From an uncultured Phycisphaerales bacterium (GTDB lineage: Bacteria > Planctomycetota > Phycisphaerae > Phycisphaerales > UBA1924): a stretch of DNA of 64,000 bases. The position numbers and the translations under genes were made by a program. Below are positions 36,771 to 47,255 of the stretch, piece by piece (position 1 is the first letter of the stretch; every line of letters starts with the position of its first letter). The stretch covers positions 3,868 through 67,867 of the forward strand of contig CAIYWI010000074.1 in the NCBI GenBank assembly GCA_903929885.1. Direction: 5' to 3'. Under the pieces are notes generated by a model, which had not been told where the DNA came from, did no database searches, and saw only the letters and a program-made list of their open reading frames with translations.

Positions 36771-36838
36771 CATGCGATCCGCTGGAGAAAATGCGTATTT
36801 TCCCATGCTGGATGGTTCGTCGTTACGGAGCATGCACG

Positions 36839-37237
36839 ATGGCGAAGAAGAACGGTAAGGCCGCCAAGTCCGCCCCCAAGGCCGCCAAGGCCTCCAAGCC
36901 CGCGAAGCTGGTCGCGAGCGCCAAGCCCCGCAAGAAGAGCGAGTTGTTCGCGATTCTGGCCGAGCACGTCGAGGGCCTGAGCAAGAAGCAGGTCGCCGGC
37001 GTCTTCGAGGCGCTGGGCAAGGTGATCAGCGTCGACCTGGCGAAGCCCTCGCCCGACAAGCCCAAGGTCTTCGTGGTCCCCGGCATGATGAAGATCAGCG
37101 CCATCCACAAGCCCGCCACCAAGGCCGCCCAGAAGGCCAACCCCTTCAAGCCCGGCGAGATGATGACCGTCAAGGCCCGTCCGGCCCGCACGGTGATCAA
37201 GGTCCGCCCGCTCAAGGGCCTGAAGGAGATGGTGTGA
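36839..37237 (+). CDS. HU-family DNA-binding protein with Lys/Ala/Pro-rich N-terminal extension
   Basis: ATG at 36839 within ORF 36419..37237. About 33 aa of MAKKNGKAAKSAPKAAKASKPAKLVASAKPRKK precede an HU fold (SELFAILAEHVEGLSKKQVAGVFEALGKVI...FKPGEMMTVKARPARTVIKVRPLKGLKE). Confidence 0.85.
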   Translation: MAKKNGKAAKSAPKAAKASKPAKLVASAKPRKKSELFAILAEHVEGLSKKQVAGVFEALGKVISVDLAKPSPDKPKVFVVPGMMKISAIHKPATKAAQKANPFKPGEMMTVKARPARTVIKVRPLKGLKEMV

Positions 37238-37352
37238 GCGTGAGCTGAGGCGTCGCCGGCGGCGGCGAGTGTTCGCCGTCGCTTCCGCGAGCGCCAAGCC
37301 GCCCCCATCCGGCTCCCCGGTTCGGGCCATCGGCATTCATGTTCGACGAAGG

Positions 37353-37386
37353 CGCCCCGTCCCCTGGGACGGGGCGTCTTTCTTTT
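37353..37386 (+). terminator. rho-independent terminator
   Basis: Stem cgccccgtcc, loop cctg, stem ggacggggcg (10-bp perfect stem), followed by tctttctttt. Confidence 0.75.
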
Positions 37387-37516
37387 CGCGTTCCTCTCGC
37401 CGCCCTCCAAGGTCATCGATCGCCTCGCGGAGATTGATCAATCTCGAGGGCGTCGCGGTCGATAACCTCCCTGAACGGCTTGGACTCCGATTTGGCTCCC
37501 AAGTAGAATTTCCGCC

Positions 37517-38593
37517 ATGGCACCTCGCATCTGCCTCAACATGATCGTCAAGAACGAGCGGGCCATCCTCGAGCGATGTCTCGCCTCGGTCGCCCCGCAC
37601 ATCGCCTGCTACGTCATCGCCGACACCGGCTCGACCGACGGCACACAGGAGCTGATCCGGACGTTCTTCGGATCCAAGGGCATTCCGGGCGAGATCGTCG
37701 AGTTCCCCTTCGTCAACTTCGAGCAGGCGAGGAACCGCGCGCTCGACGCGGCCAGAGCGAGCCGATTCGAGTTCGAGTACATCCTCCTCACGGACGCCGA
37801 CATGGAGCTGGTGGTGACGTCGCCGCCGCTCGCGGACAAGCTCGTGCTCGCCGCGTATGGCGTGACCCAGTACACCGTCGGCGGCCTCGAGTATCCCAAC
37901 ATCCGACTCGTCCGCCGCGACCTCGCGTGCAAGTACGAGGGCGTCACGCACGAGTGCCTGACCTACACGGGCAGCAAGGACGACGTGCTGACCGGCGCCC
38001 ACTTCATCGATCATGCGTGCGGATCGAGCCGGAGCATCAAGACCGCTCGCGACATTGCGCTGCTGACGGCGGGCCTCAAGGAGGATCCGAGCAACGCCCG
38101 CTACGCCTTCTACCTGGCCAACTCCTACCTCGAGAACGGGGAGTACAAGCAGGCCATCGATTGGTACACCAGGCGAATCGGCATGTCCGGCTTCGTCGAC
38201 GAGGCCTACGTGAGCCACGACCGGATCGCGATGTGCCACGAGAAGCTGGGCGACATTCCGGCCTTCTTCCATCAGTGCCTGACCACCTTCGAGAAGTATC
38301 CGAACCGAGCCGAGCCGATCTTCCGGTTGGCGCTGCACTGCATGCTCAACGGCCGGCACAGGCTGGGCTATCACTTCGCCGCGATCGGGCTCACGGTGCC
38401 CAAGCCGCCCCCCGCCTCGCTCTTCATCGAGTCGAGCGTGTATTCGTGGCGACTGATCGACATCATGGCGGTCTGCGCCTTCTACATCGGGCGCAAGCAG
38501 GAATCGCTCGAACTGAGCGAGCAGCTCCTGAAGATCTCGCCGGCCGATCACCACGACCGAATCCGAGCCAACATGACGTACTGCCGCAAGTGA
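37517..38593 (+). CDS. glycosyltransferase family 2 with C-terminal TPR-like region
   Basis: 358 aa. ICLNMIVKNE...VIADTGSTDGT...LLTDADM (GT-A DxD), then TPR-like YAFYLANSYLENGEYKQAIDWY. Confidence 0.8.
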   Translation: MAPRICLNMIVKNERAILERCLASVAPHIACYVIADTGSTDGTQELIRTFFGSKGIPGEIVEFPFVNFEQARNRALDAARASRFEFEYILLTDADMELVVTSPPLADKLVLAAYGVTQYTVGGLEYPNIRLVRRDLACKYEGVTHECLTYTGSKDDVLTGAHFIDHACGSSRSIKTARDIALLTAGLKEDPSNARYAFYLANSYLENGEYKQAIDWYTRRIGMSGFVDEAYVSHDRIAMCHEKLGDIPAFFHQCLTTFEKYPNRAEPIFRLALHCMLNGRHRLGYHFAAIGLTVPKPPPASLFIESSVYSWRLIDIMAVCAFYIGRKQESLELSEQLLKISPADHHDRIRANMTYCRK

Positions 38594-38620
38594 CGCACGA
38601 GCCCCCAGGACCCCGACCCC

Positions 38621-39727
38621 ATGCGATTCCACATCGTCAATCTCCCCCACACGCAGACGACCAAGGCCTATTCGTGGTGCGCCTACACGGCCAAGGTGGT
38701 CAAGTTCTGTGCCATGCTCAAGAGCATGGGTCATGAGGTCTTCGTGTACTCGGGCTGGGAGAACGAGGCCCCCTGCACCGAGCACGTTCCGATCGTCACC
38801 CGCGAGGATCACGCCGCGTGGTGGCCCGGGGTCGACTGGACCGTCAAGAACCCGCCCATCTTCCAGTTCTGGGATCCCAACCACGTCTGTTGGACGCAGA
38901 GCTGCGCCAAGGCCATCACCGAGATCACCAAGCGCGCCAAGCTCACCGACTTCGTCGGCATCATCTCGGGCGTCTGCCAGGCCCCGCTGGCCAACTTCGG
39001 CCTGCTCGCCGTCGAGTGGGGCATCGGCTACGAGGGCGTCCTCCCCAACAAGGTTCCCAAGTGCTTCGAGTCGTACGCCTGGCGCTACTACGTTCGCGGG
39101 ACCCAGCGCCAGAACGACTTTGTCCCCAGCGACGTCGTCATCCCCAACAGCTTCGAGGCCGCCGACTTCCCGCTGGGCGACGGCGGCGGCGGCTACTACG
39201 TGTACCTCGGTCGCCTCATCCGCCGCAAGGGCGTCGAGATCGCAGCCGCCACGTGCCGCGCCCTGGGCGCCAAGCTCGTGCTCGCCGGCCAAGGAGTCCA
39301 GTCCGTCGCGCCGGGCAAGATCATCGCCGCCGACGGCATGGAGATCACCGGGGATGTCGAGCACATCGGCGTCGTGAACCCCAAGGAGCGGGCCAAGCTC
39401 CTCGGCGGCGCCAAGGCCGCCTTCGTCCCGACCACCTACTTCGGTCCATTCGAGGGCGTCGCCGTCGAGGCCATGCTCTGCGGCACGCCTGTCATCTCCA
39501 CCGACTGGGGCGTCTTCTCCGAGACCATCCACCAGGGCGTCACCGGCTACCGCTGCAGTTGGCACCCCGAGTTCGTCGAGGCCGCCAAACTCGCCCCCAA
39601 GCTCAACCGCGCCAAGATCCGCGAGATGAACCTCCGCTACTCAACCGACGTCGTCAAGAACGACTATCAGCGGTGGTTCGAGCGGCTCGACTCGATGCGG
39701 GACTCCGATCCGACCATGTTCCGCTGA
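38621..39727 (+). CDS. glycosyltransferase family 4/1 (GT-B)
   Basis: 368 aa. YYVYLGRLIRRKGVEIA...FVPTTYFGPFEGVAVEAMLCGTPVISTD follows the GT-B E-x7-E pattern. Confidence 0.8.
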   Translation: MRFHIVNLPHTQTTKAYSWCAYTAKVVKFCAMLKSMGHEVFVYSGWENEAPCTEHVPIVTREDHAAWWPGVDWTVKNPPIFQFWDPNHVCWTQSCAKAITEITKRAKLTDFVGIISGVCQAPLANFGLLAVEWGIGYEGVLPNKVPKCFESYAWRYYVRGTQRQNDFVPSDVVIPNSFEAADFPLGDGGGGYYVYLGRLIRRKGVEIAAATCRALGAKLVLAGQGVQSVAPGKIIAADGMEITGDVEHIGVVNPKERAKLLGGAKAAFVPTTYFGPFEGVAVEAMLCGTPVISTDWGVFSETIHQGVTGYRCSWHPEFVEAAKLAPKLNRAKIREMNLRYSTDVVKNDYQRWFERLDSMRDSDPTMFR

Positions 39728-39790
39728 TGGCATCGGTCGAATCGTTTGTCCCCAACCTCGGGCCTCGCCGCCGTGGGTCGCCTTCCGAGA

Positions 39791-41833
39791 TCACTGGTTG
39801 GGCGGCTTGGATGCCGGAAGCCGCTTCCACCACACCGTGGTCCGGACCGGCTGCCGCGTGACCACCGAGCGCGCCGTGCCCGCTGACGCCCCAAGGATGG
39901 GTGTCGGCGCGAGGTTGCGGGTGCGGATCTGAGCCGGCCCGACCTGCTCGATCACCGGACGGCGAAGAAGCGTCGATCCGGTCACCACCTTGGTGCGAGG
40001 CGTCAGGTCGATCAGGCGTCCGCCTTTCGAGATCCCGATGCGGCGTGCGGCTGTCGGCGCAACCGTACTGCCCTTGTCGGGCGACGGACCAACCGTCGGC
40101 ACCCCACCACCACCTGCCCCAGGCGAGACCGGACGGAAACCCTGATCGCCGGATCCGCCCCCCGTGCCGCCGGGAGCGTCGCCACCACCACCGGTTCCAC
40201 CAGCACCCGTTCCACCAGCACCGCCCGGCGGGCTCGGAGGCGTCGGAGGCGACACCCCGCCGCCGCTTTGACCGCCACCATGAGTGCCACCGCCGCCACG
40301 GGCGAAGGGGTTGGGCACAAGCGGAGATCCGCCCGACCCCTCGCCACCCGCAGGAGGCGAGGGCGGTGCGTCGCCACCGGTCGCCGCACCGCCAGGTGCG
40401 GGCGGATTCGGAGGCGTGACGCCACCATCGCCGCCGGAGGCCGGAGGTGCAGGCGGCGAGGGAGGTTCGGGAGGCGCCGGAGGCTGCGGCGGCGCAGGAG
40501 GTTCGGGAGGCGCCGGAGGCTGCGGCGGCGCAGGAGGCTCGGGAGGCGCTGGAGGCTGCGGCGGCGCGGGAGGCTCGGGAGGCGCCGGAGGCTCGGGAGG
40601 CACCGGAGGCTCGGGAGGCGCCGGAGGCTCGGGGGGCGCCGGAGGCTCGGGGGGCTGCGGCGGAGTCGGGGGGCGAGTGGCCGTTTCGGCGATGATCGGG
40701 AACACGCGTTCGGTCAAGTACGAGCGAAGCGCGGCGTACTCGGCCTGGCTCGAGATGAAGTCCCAGATGACGATCCCGTCGGCTCCGGCTCGCTTGGGCT
40801 GGCGGAACATGCTGTCAAGCGCGAGGTCGTCGAGCCACTGGTTGGCGTACTCCTCGAGCGTTTCCGGGTAGCGGCACATCGCAAGCACGTACACCGGCTT
40901 GTTCGGAGCAAGGCGACGGGCCTCGGCCACGTTCTCGTCGATCCAGGCCTTGCTCTGGGCGATGGTCATCTGCCTCCACCAGTGCGTCTGGGTCGCGCCA
41001 TCGGGGATGGTGAACCGGTTCTGGTAGAGGGGCAGGAACTGGACGTCCGCGAGATCGACGAGCCACTGCAACCGATCGTTGATGTCGCGGAACGGATTGG
41101 GCGCCGGGCGGCCGTAGTTGCCGTGACGAGCGCCGCCGGGGATGCCGTAAAAGCCGAACTTGGCGTCCGGACGTCGGGCCCGCATGATCTGAATCGTCTG
41201 GGTGTACAGGTCTCGCGTGGCCTGCTCGAACGAATCGGCCAAGGCTCGCTCCGCTTCGGCGACGCTCTTGCCCCGGATCAGTTCGGGACGCCGCGACTCG
41301 ATGTGGCGGTACCAGTCGTCGTAGAGATAGGTGGCGAAGTTCATGGTCGGGTACAGACCAGGACCACCCGTGCGATTGCCCCAGACCTTGGGGTGGAACT
41401 CGATGTCGATGCACACCATGCCCGCGTACCCCGCAGGAACCCGCTCGTCAAGCATGCGTGCAATGGTCGAGGCGTACCGCGAACTGAAGCCGGCTTCCTG
41501 CGTGACGCTCATCCCGTGGGTGCGGATGTCGAGCACGAACCAATGCTCGTACAGGCAGATGGTGTTGCGCTGGACCGGCAGCGCGCCGAAGTCGATCATC
41601 GACTGCCAGTCGGTGCGGCTGCCGCGAAGTCGCTCGTTGTCGTTCGTGTCCACCATCCAGTGGAACGTGAAAGGCCGCTCCGTGACGTTCCCGTCGATCA
41701 GGAGGGCCGCCGCCTGGGCCGCCTGGGGCATCGCCGCCAGCAGCCCGAGGGCCGCGCCCGCGGCGAGCATGATCGCCCCGAGGCGCCCCCGAAGGCCGGT
41801 GGCGAGGGAACGAGATTGTGAACGACTGCACAT
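39791..41833 (-). CDS. secreted GH56 (hyaluronidase)-like domain protein with Pro-rich repeat and Gly-rich C-terminal tail
   Basis: ATG at 41833 within ORF 39791..41917, with a signal-like LGAIMLAAGAALGLLAAMPQAAQA. The blocks GMVCIDIEFHP, AKFGFYGIPGG, INDRLQWLVDLADVQFLPLY and GADGIVIWDFIS parallel blocks I remember from animal hyaluronidases. These are followed by (PPEPPA)n and a Gly/Pro-rich tail. Confidence 0.65.
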   Translation of the reverse strand: MCSRSQSRSLATGLRGRLGAIMLAAGAALGLLAAMPQAAQAAALLIDGNVTERPFTFHWMVDTNDNERLRGSRTDWQSMIDFGALPVQRNTICLYEHWFVLDIRTHGMSVTQEAGFSSRYASTIARMLDERVPAGYAGMVCIDIEFHPKVWGNRTGGPGLYPTMNFATYLYDDWYRHIESRRPELIRGKSVAEAERALADSFEQATRDLYTQTIQIMRARRPDAKFGFYGIPGGARHGNYGRPAPNPFRDINDRLQWLVDLADVQFLPLYQNRFTIPDGATQTHWWRQMTIAQSKAWIDENVAEARRLAPNKPVYVLAMCRYPETLEEYANQWLDDLALDSMFRQPKRAGADGIVIWDFISSQAEYAALRSYLTERVFPIIAETATRPPTPPQPPEPPAPPEPPAPPEPPVPPEPPAPPEPPAPPQPPAPPEPPAPPQPPAPPEPPAPPQPPAPPEPPSPPAPPASGGDGGVTPPNPPAPGGAATGGDAPPSPPAGGEGSGGSPLVPNPFARGGGGTHGGGQSGGGVSPPTPPSPPGGAGGTGAGGTGGGGDAPGGTGGGSGDQGFRPVSPGAGGGGVPTVGPSPDKGSTVAPTAARRIGISKGGRLIDLTPRTKVVTGSTLLRRPVIEQVGPAQIRTRNLAPTPILGASAGTARSVVTRQPVRTTVWWKRLPASKPPNQ
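40440..40670. repeat. in-frame tandem repeat (36-nt units x3, then 18-nt units x about 5) encoding (PPEPPAPPQPPA)n/(PPEPPA)n
   Basis: Plus strand reads ggaggttcgggaggcgccggaggctgcggcggcgca three times, then ggaggctcgggaggcgcc repeated. Confidence 0.9.
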
Positions 41834-42070
41834 GGGCTGCTCACTTCCGGGAGCTGCGGCTCCCAAACGCGTCGTCGGACCAACGTTCCTTGGACGCACT
41901 GGATCATCTACCGTCACCCAAGTGTCCGTTTCCCGATGTCACCCGCCAAGGCGGAAGTTCCCTTCGGCATCGCTTCCTCGACGCCTGTTCACACTGTACC
42001 GCTCGTGCACGTGCTGCCGTCCGTGAGGTGTCGCGACGAGCCGGCCGTGGCCGGGAACCTGCGGCGGGCT

Positions 42071-42484
42071 TCAGCAGCCGCCCGCCTCCCACAGCGCGAA
42101 AAAGACCTCCATGTCCGCGCCATCGATGCCGCCGTCCTGATTGACGTCGGCGCACGCGGCTCCGCCCTCCCAGTCGTCAAAGAACGACGCGACATCCGAG
42201 CCGTCGATGCCGCCGTCGCGGTTGTAGTCGGCGGCACAGGGACAGCCGGCGTCGGTCGGCAGCCCTTCCCAGAACCCGCCTCGGACCGAGAAACTGCCTC
42301 CGTGCATCGGACTGCCCGCGTCCGGTTGGCCCAGCGTGCCGGCGAGCGACAAGGACCCGCCCGAACTCAACCCGCCACCGCCGTCGACGGTGTGCCACGC
42401 GATCGTGAAGTCGGCGGCCATCGCTCCGGCGGCGAGGATCGCCACGCAGGAGTGGCACCGCGTGATGGAGAGCACCGTCCTCAT
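42071..42484 (-). CDS. small secreted protein consisting of a Gly-rich stub plus double GC-type dockerin-like module
   Basis: ATG at 42484 within ORF 42071..42631, with GGAGGA just upstream. Signal-like MRTVLSITRCHSCVAILAAGAMA. Ends CPCAADYNRDGGIDGSDVASFFDDWEGGAACADVNQDGGIDGADMEVFFALWEAGGC-stop. Confidence 0.75.
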   Translation of the reverse strand: MRTVLSITRCHSCVAILAAGAMAADFTIAWHTVDGGGGLSSGGSLSLAGTLGQPDAGSPMHGGSFSVRGGFWEGLPTDAGCPCAADYNRDGGIDGSDVASFFDDWEGGAACADVNQDGGIDGADMEVFFALWEAGGC

Positions 42485-42673
42485 GCATCCTCCTCGAACC
42501 TTGCGCATGCGTCCCCGCCCGCCCGGGCACCATCGTGGCGCCACCAAGGCACGGTTCGGCAGAGCATCGAATTCCCGAGGTTCGCCCGGAAGGAGGCCAG
42601 GTCGCCCGCCGGCGAGAAGGGCGCGGACCATGACGAATGCGACGGGTGGGAGGCCCCGATAAACCCCATGGCT

Positions 42674-43132
42674 TCAGGCGAGAGGGTCGGCGCGACCGTG
42701 CACCAGCCGGGGCGGCAGTTCGACGACGCTTCCCGAGCGATCGACGCACGCCAGCGTGGTGGAGGCGGCCGCGGCCGTGAAAGGAACGAAGTCGGGCACG
42801 GGCGTGCCCGGTTCCACCACCTGCACCTCGTACTCGTGCAGGATCTTGACCCGGCTTCCGCCGACCCACCGCGTCCTGACCTCGATCAGGTCGTCGTAGC
42901 GGGCCGACCTGCGGTAGCGGACGTCGAGTTTCACGATGACGAGCAGCACGCCGGAAGCCTCGAGGGCGGCATAGCTGGTTCCCGACCCTCGCAGCAGTTC
43001 GGTGCGACCGATCTCGAGCCACGGGACGTACGAGGCGTGGTGAGCCACGCCCATCGGATCGCACTCGCAGTACCGCACGCGCAGGCGCGTGACATGCTCG
43101 GCGAGGGGTGCGGCGGCGAGGGTGTCGGGCAC
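42674..43132 (-). CDS. YbgC/4HBT-family acyl-CoA thioesterase
   Basis: C-terminal roughly 152 aa of ORF 42674..44131, with a putative GTG at 43132. The hotdog-fold pattern is VRYCECDPMGVAHHASYVPWLEIGRTELLR...LLVIVKLDVRYRRSARYDD. Confidence 0.7.
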   Translation of the reverse strand: MPDTLAAAPLAEHVTRLRVRYCECDPMGVAHHASYVPWLEIGRTELLRGSGTSYAALEASGVLLVIVKLDVRYRRSARYDDLIEVRTRWVGGSRVKILHEYEVQVVEPGTPVPDFVPFTAAAASTTLACVDRSGSVVELPPRLVHGRADPLA

Positions 43133-43192
43133 GCGTGATGGTACCGCCGCGGGCGTCGACGCGGGTTCCACTCTGATACACTCTCCCACTTC

Positions 43193-43789
43193 ATGTCCGA
43201 ACGCCCCGCCCAACCATCGCCGGTCGCCAGTCCGGTCATCACGATCCGACGGCTCGCGCCCAGCGATTCGATCGCCGAACTGACGACGCTGTTGCACCGC
43301 GCGTACGCCAAGCAGGTGGCGATGGGGCTGCGACCGCTCGCCGGCCGTCAGGACGAGGCGATGACCAAGAAGCGGGTCTTCAGCGGCGAGTGCTACGTCG
43401 CCGTCGATCACCTTCGCGGCGAGGGCGGCCGAGTCCGGCAGAAGCCGGTGGGCACGATCCTCTTCCACGAGGTCGAGGAGTCGCAAGGCCCCTCGTACTT
43501 CGCCAAGCCCGACGTGGCGAGCTTCTCGCAGTTCGCGGTCGATCCCGACTATCAAGGCCAGGGACTCGGCGTGCTCATGCTCGAGACCGTCGAGCAGCGG
43601 GCCCGCGAGACCGGGGCGGTCGAGTTGGCCTGCACGATGGCGGAACCCGACACCTCGCTGATGGAGTTCTACTTTCGTCGCGGCTATCGGCTCGTGGGCC
43701 ACCACCAATGGCCCTACACCAACTACCGCAGCGCGATCCTCAGCAAGACCCTGGGCGGAAGCGACCAACCTGGCCGGCATGGTGCCTGA
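43193..43789 (+). CDS. GNAT-family N-acetyltransferase
   Basis: 198 aa. The acetyl-CoA-binding motif A is FAVDPDYQGQGLGVLMLETVEQRA. Confidence 0.8.
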   Translation: MSERPAQPSPVASPVITIRRLAPSDSIAELTTLLHRAYAKQVAMGLRPLAGRQDEAMTKKRVFSGECYVAVDHLRGEGGRVRQKPVGTILFHEVEESQGPSYFAKPDVASFSQFAVDPDYQGQGLGVLMLETVEQRARETGAVELACTMAEPDTSLMEFYFRRGYRLVGHHQWPYTNYRSAILSKTLGGSDQPGRHGA

Positions 43790-44225
43790 GCGTCGCGACC
43801 CGCGGCCCCCACTCCACCGCCACGATGTCGATGCGAACGCTGCTCCAGCCGTTGGCGCGGGCGAGATGTCTCGCGATCGCCAGCAGCGTGCGTCGCTTGC
43901 GGCTCGTGACGCTCTCCTCCGGCATGGCGGTGGCGCTTCGCGGGGCTTGACCCGCGACGCGCCGCCTGGTCTTGACCTCCACCACGACCCGCGTGACGCC
44001 GTCGGGCGAGAGGGCGACGATGTCGGCCTCGCCCATCGGAAGCCGCACGTTGCGAGCCAGCACTCGCCACCCGTTCGACCGCAGGAAGTCGGCGGCGAGG
44101 GCCTCGCCCCGTCGGCCGAGCCGGCGCGCACGACGGGCGTGTTCGCTCATCCGCCTCGGGCGTGCAAGGCGGACGACGCGACCGAGTCGCTTGAGCAGCG
44201 CGTGGATGGTCTTGGCCACGTGCAC
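43740..44225 (-). CDS. YraN-family (UPF0102) endonuclease-like protein
   Basis: GEALAADFLRSNGWRVLARNVRLPMGEADIVAL...VVVEVKTRR is the YraN signature. An alternative ATG at 44150 gives MSEHARR. Its 3' end overlaps the GNAT gene by 50 nt, convergently. Confidence 0.75.
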   Translation of the reverse strand: MHVAKTIHALLKRLGRVVRLARPRRMSEHARRARRLGRRGEALAADFLRSNGWRVLARNVRLPMGEADIVALSPDGVTRVVVEVKTRRRVAGQAPRSATAMPEESVTSRKRRTLLAIARHLARANGWSSVRIDIVAVEWGPRVATLRHHAGQVGRFRPGSC

Positions 44226-44288
44226 GGTGACCGACCGTAGCGAACCGAACGGAACGTTCGCGCGACGCGCGAGGACGGCGATGCGTCG

Positions 44289-46472
<2,184 letters not shown>

Positions 46473-46626
46473 CCTCCCGGATGCACGTGGCGCAGCGGAT
46501 GCGACGGTTCTGGACGGCCTTTCCGTCAAGGTTAGGCCCCGTGCCATCCCTCCATACGAGGGGATTTCGGGGGGTGTTCGAGTCCTTCGCGCTCGACGAG
46601 GCCCCGGCGATCTCTATCCTCCCACC

Positions 46627-47244
46627 ATGGCCAAGAAGCCCCAGACGGTCCGCGACTACCTCGACGCGCTCCCTCCGGAACGAAGGGATGCCCTCGAGAC
46701 GCTCCGCAAGGTCTTTCACGCCAACCTCGACGCGGGCATCAAGGAAGGCATCCAATACGGCATGATCGGGTACTTCATCCCGCACGAGCGGTACCCGGCC
46801 GGGTATCACTGCGACCCGGCCCAACCGCTCCCCTTCGCGGGGTTGGCCTCCCAGAAGCAGCATCTTTCCATGTACCTGATGGGCTGCTATCCCGACGGCC
46901 CATGGAAGGAGCGATTCGTCAAGGCATGGAAGGCCTCCGGCAAGAAGCTTGACATGGGCGCTGCGTGCGTTCGCTTCACGTCGATCGAACAGGTCCCCCT
47001 CGAGGTCGTCGCTCAGTCGCTTCGCGACATGAGCGTCGACGCCTACATCGCCCAGTACGAAGCCGCCGTGCGACCTCCGTCCAAGAAGCCCGCCGGCTCA
47101 TCGTCGAGCCGGACGAAGGCGACTGGCCGGAAGTCCGGCGTCGCCAAGACCGCCGCGAGCAAGGCGCCAGCCAAGTCGCCTCGCGAGAACGTCGCTCGCT
47201 CGAAGGCCTCGTCGAAGCCCCCCTCGCGACGGACTCGATCGTGA
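46627..47244 (+). CDS. DUF1801 (YdhG-like) domain protein with Lys/Ser/Ala-rich tail
   Basis: ATG at 46627 within ORF 46345..47244. TVRDYLDALPPERRDALETLRKV...IQYGMIGY...ASQKQHLSMYL matches the DUF1801 pattern. Confidence 0.7.
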   Translation: MAKKPQTVRDYLDALPPERRDALETLRKVFHANLDAGIKEGIQYGMIGYFIPHERYPAGYHCDPAQPLPFAGLASQKQHLSMYLMGCYPDGPWKERFVKAWKASGKKLDMGAACVRFTSIEQVPLEVVAQSLRDMSVDAYIAQYEAAVRPPSKKPAGSSSSRTKATGRKSGVAKTAASKAPAKSPRENVARSKASSKPPSRRTRS

Positions 47245-47255
47245 GCCCTCCCGGC

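Noticed and set aside
37337-39565. 742-aa minus-strand ORF
   Set aside because: It is antisense to the GT2-TPR and GT4 genes, which have clear GT-A and GT-B motifs.
43193-44225. GNAT plus small overlapping gene as a GNAT-type toxin-antitoxin pair
   Set aside because: The partner is convergent (not co-transcribed) and is a YraN-family protein, not an RHH/DUF1778 antitoxin. The 50-nt overlap involves the 3' ends only.
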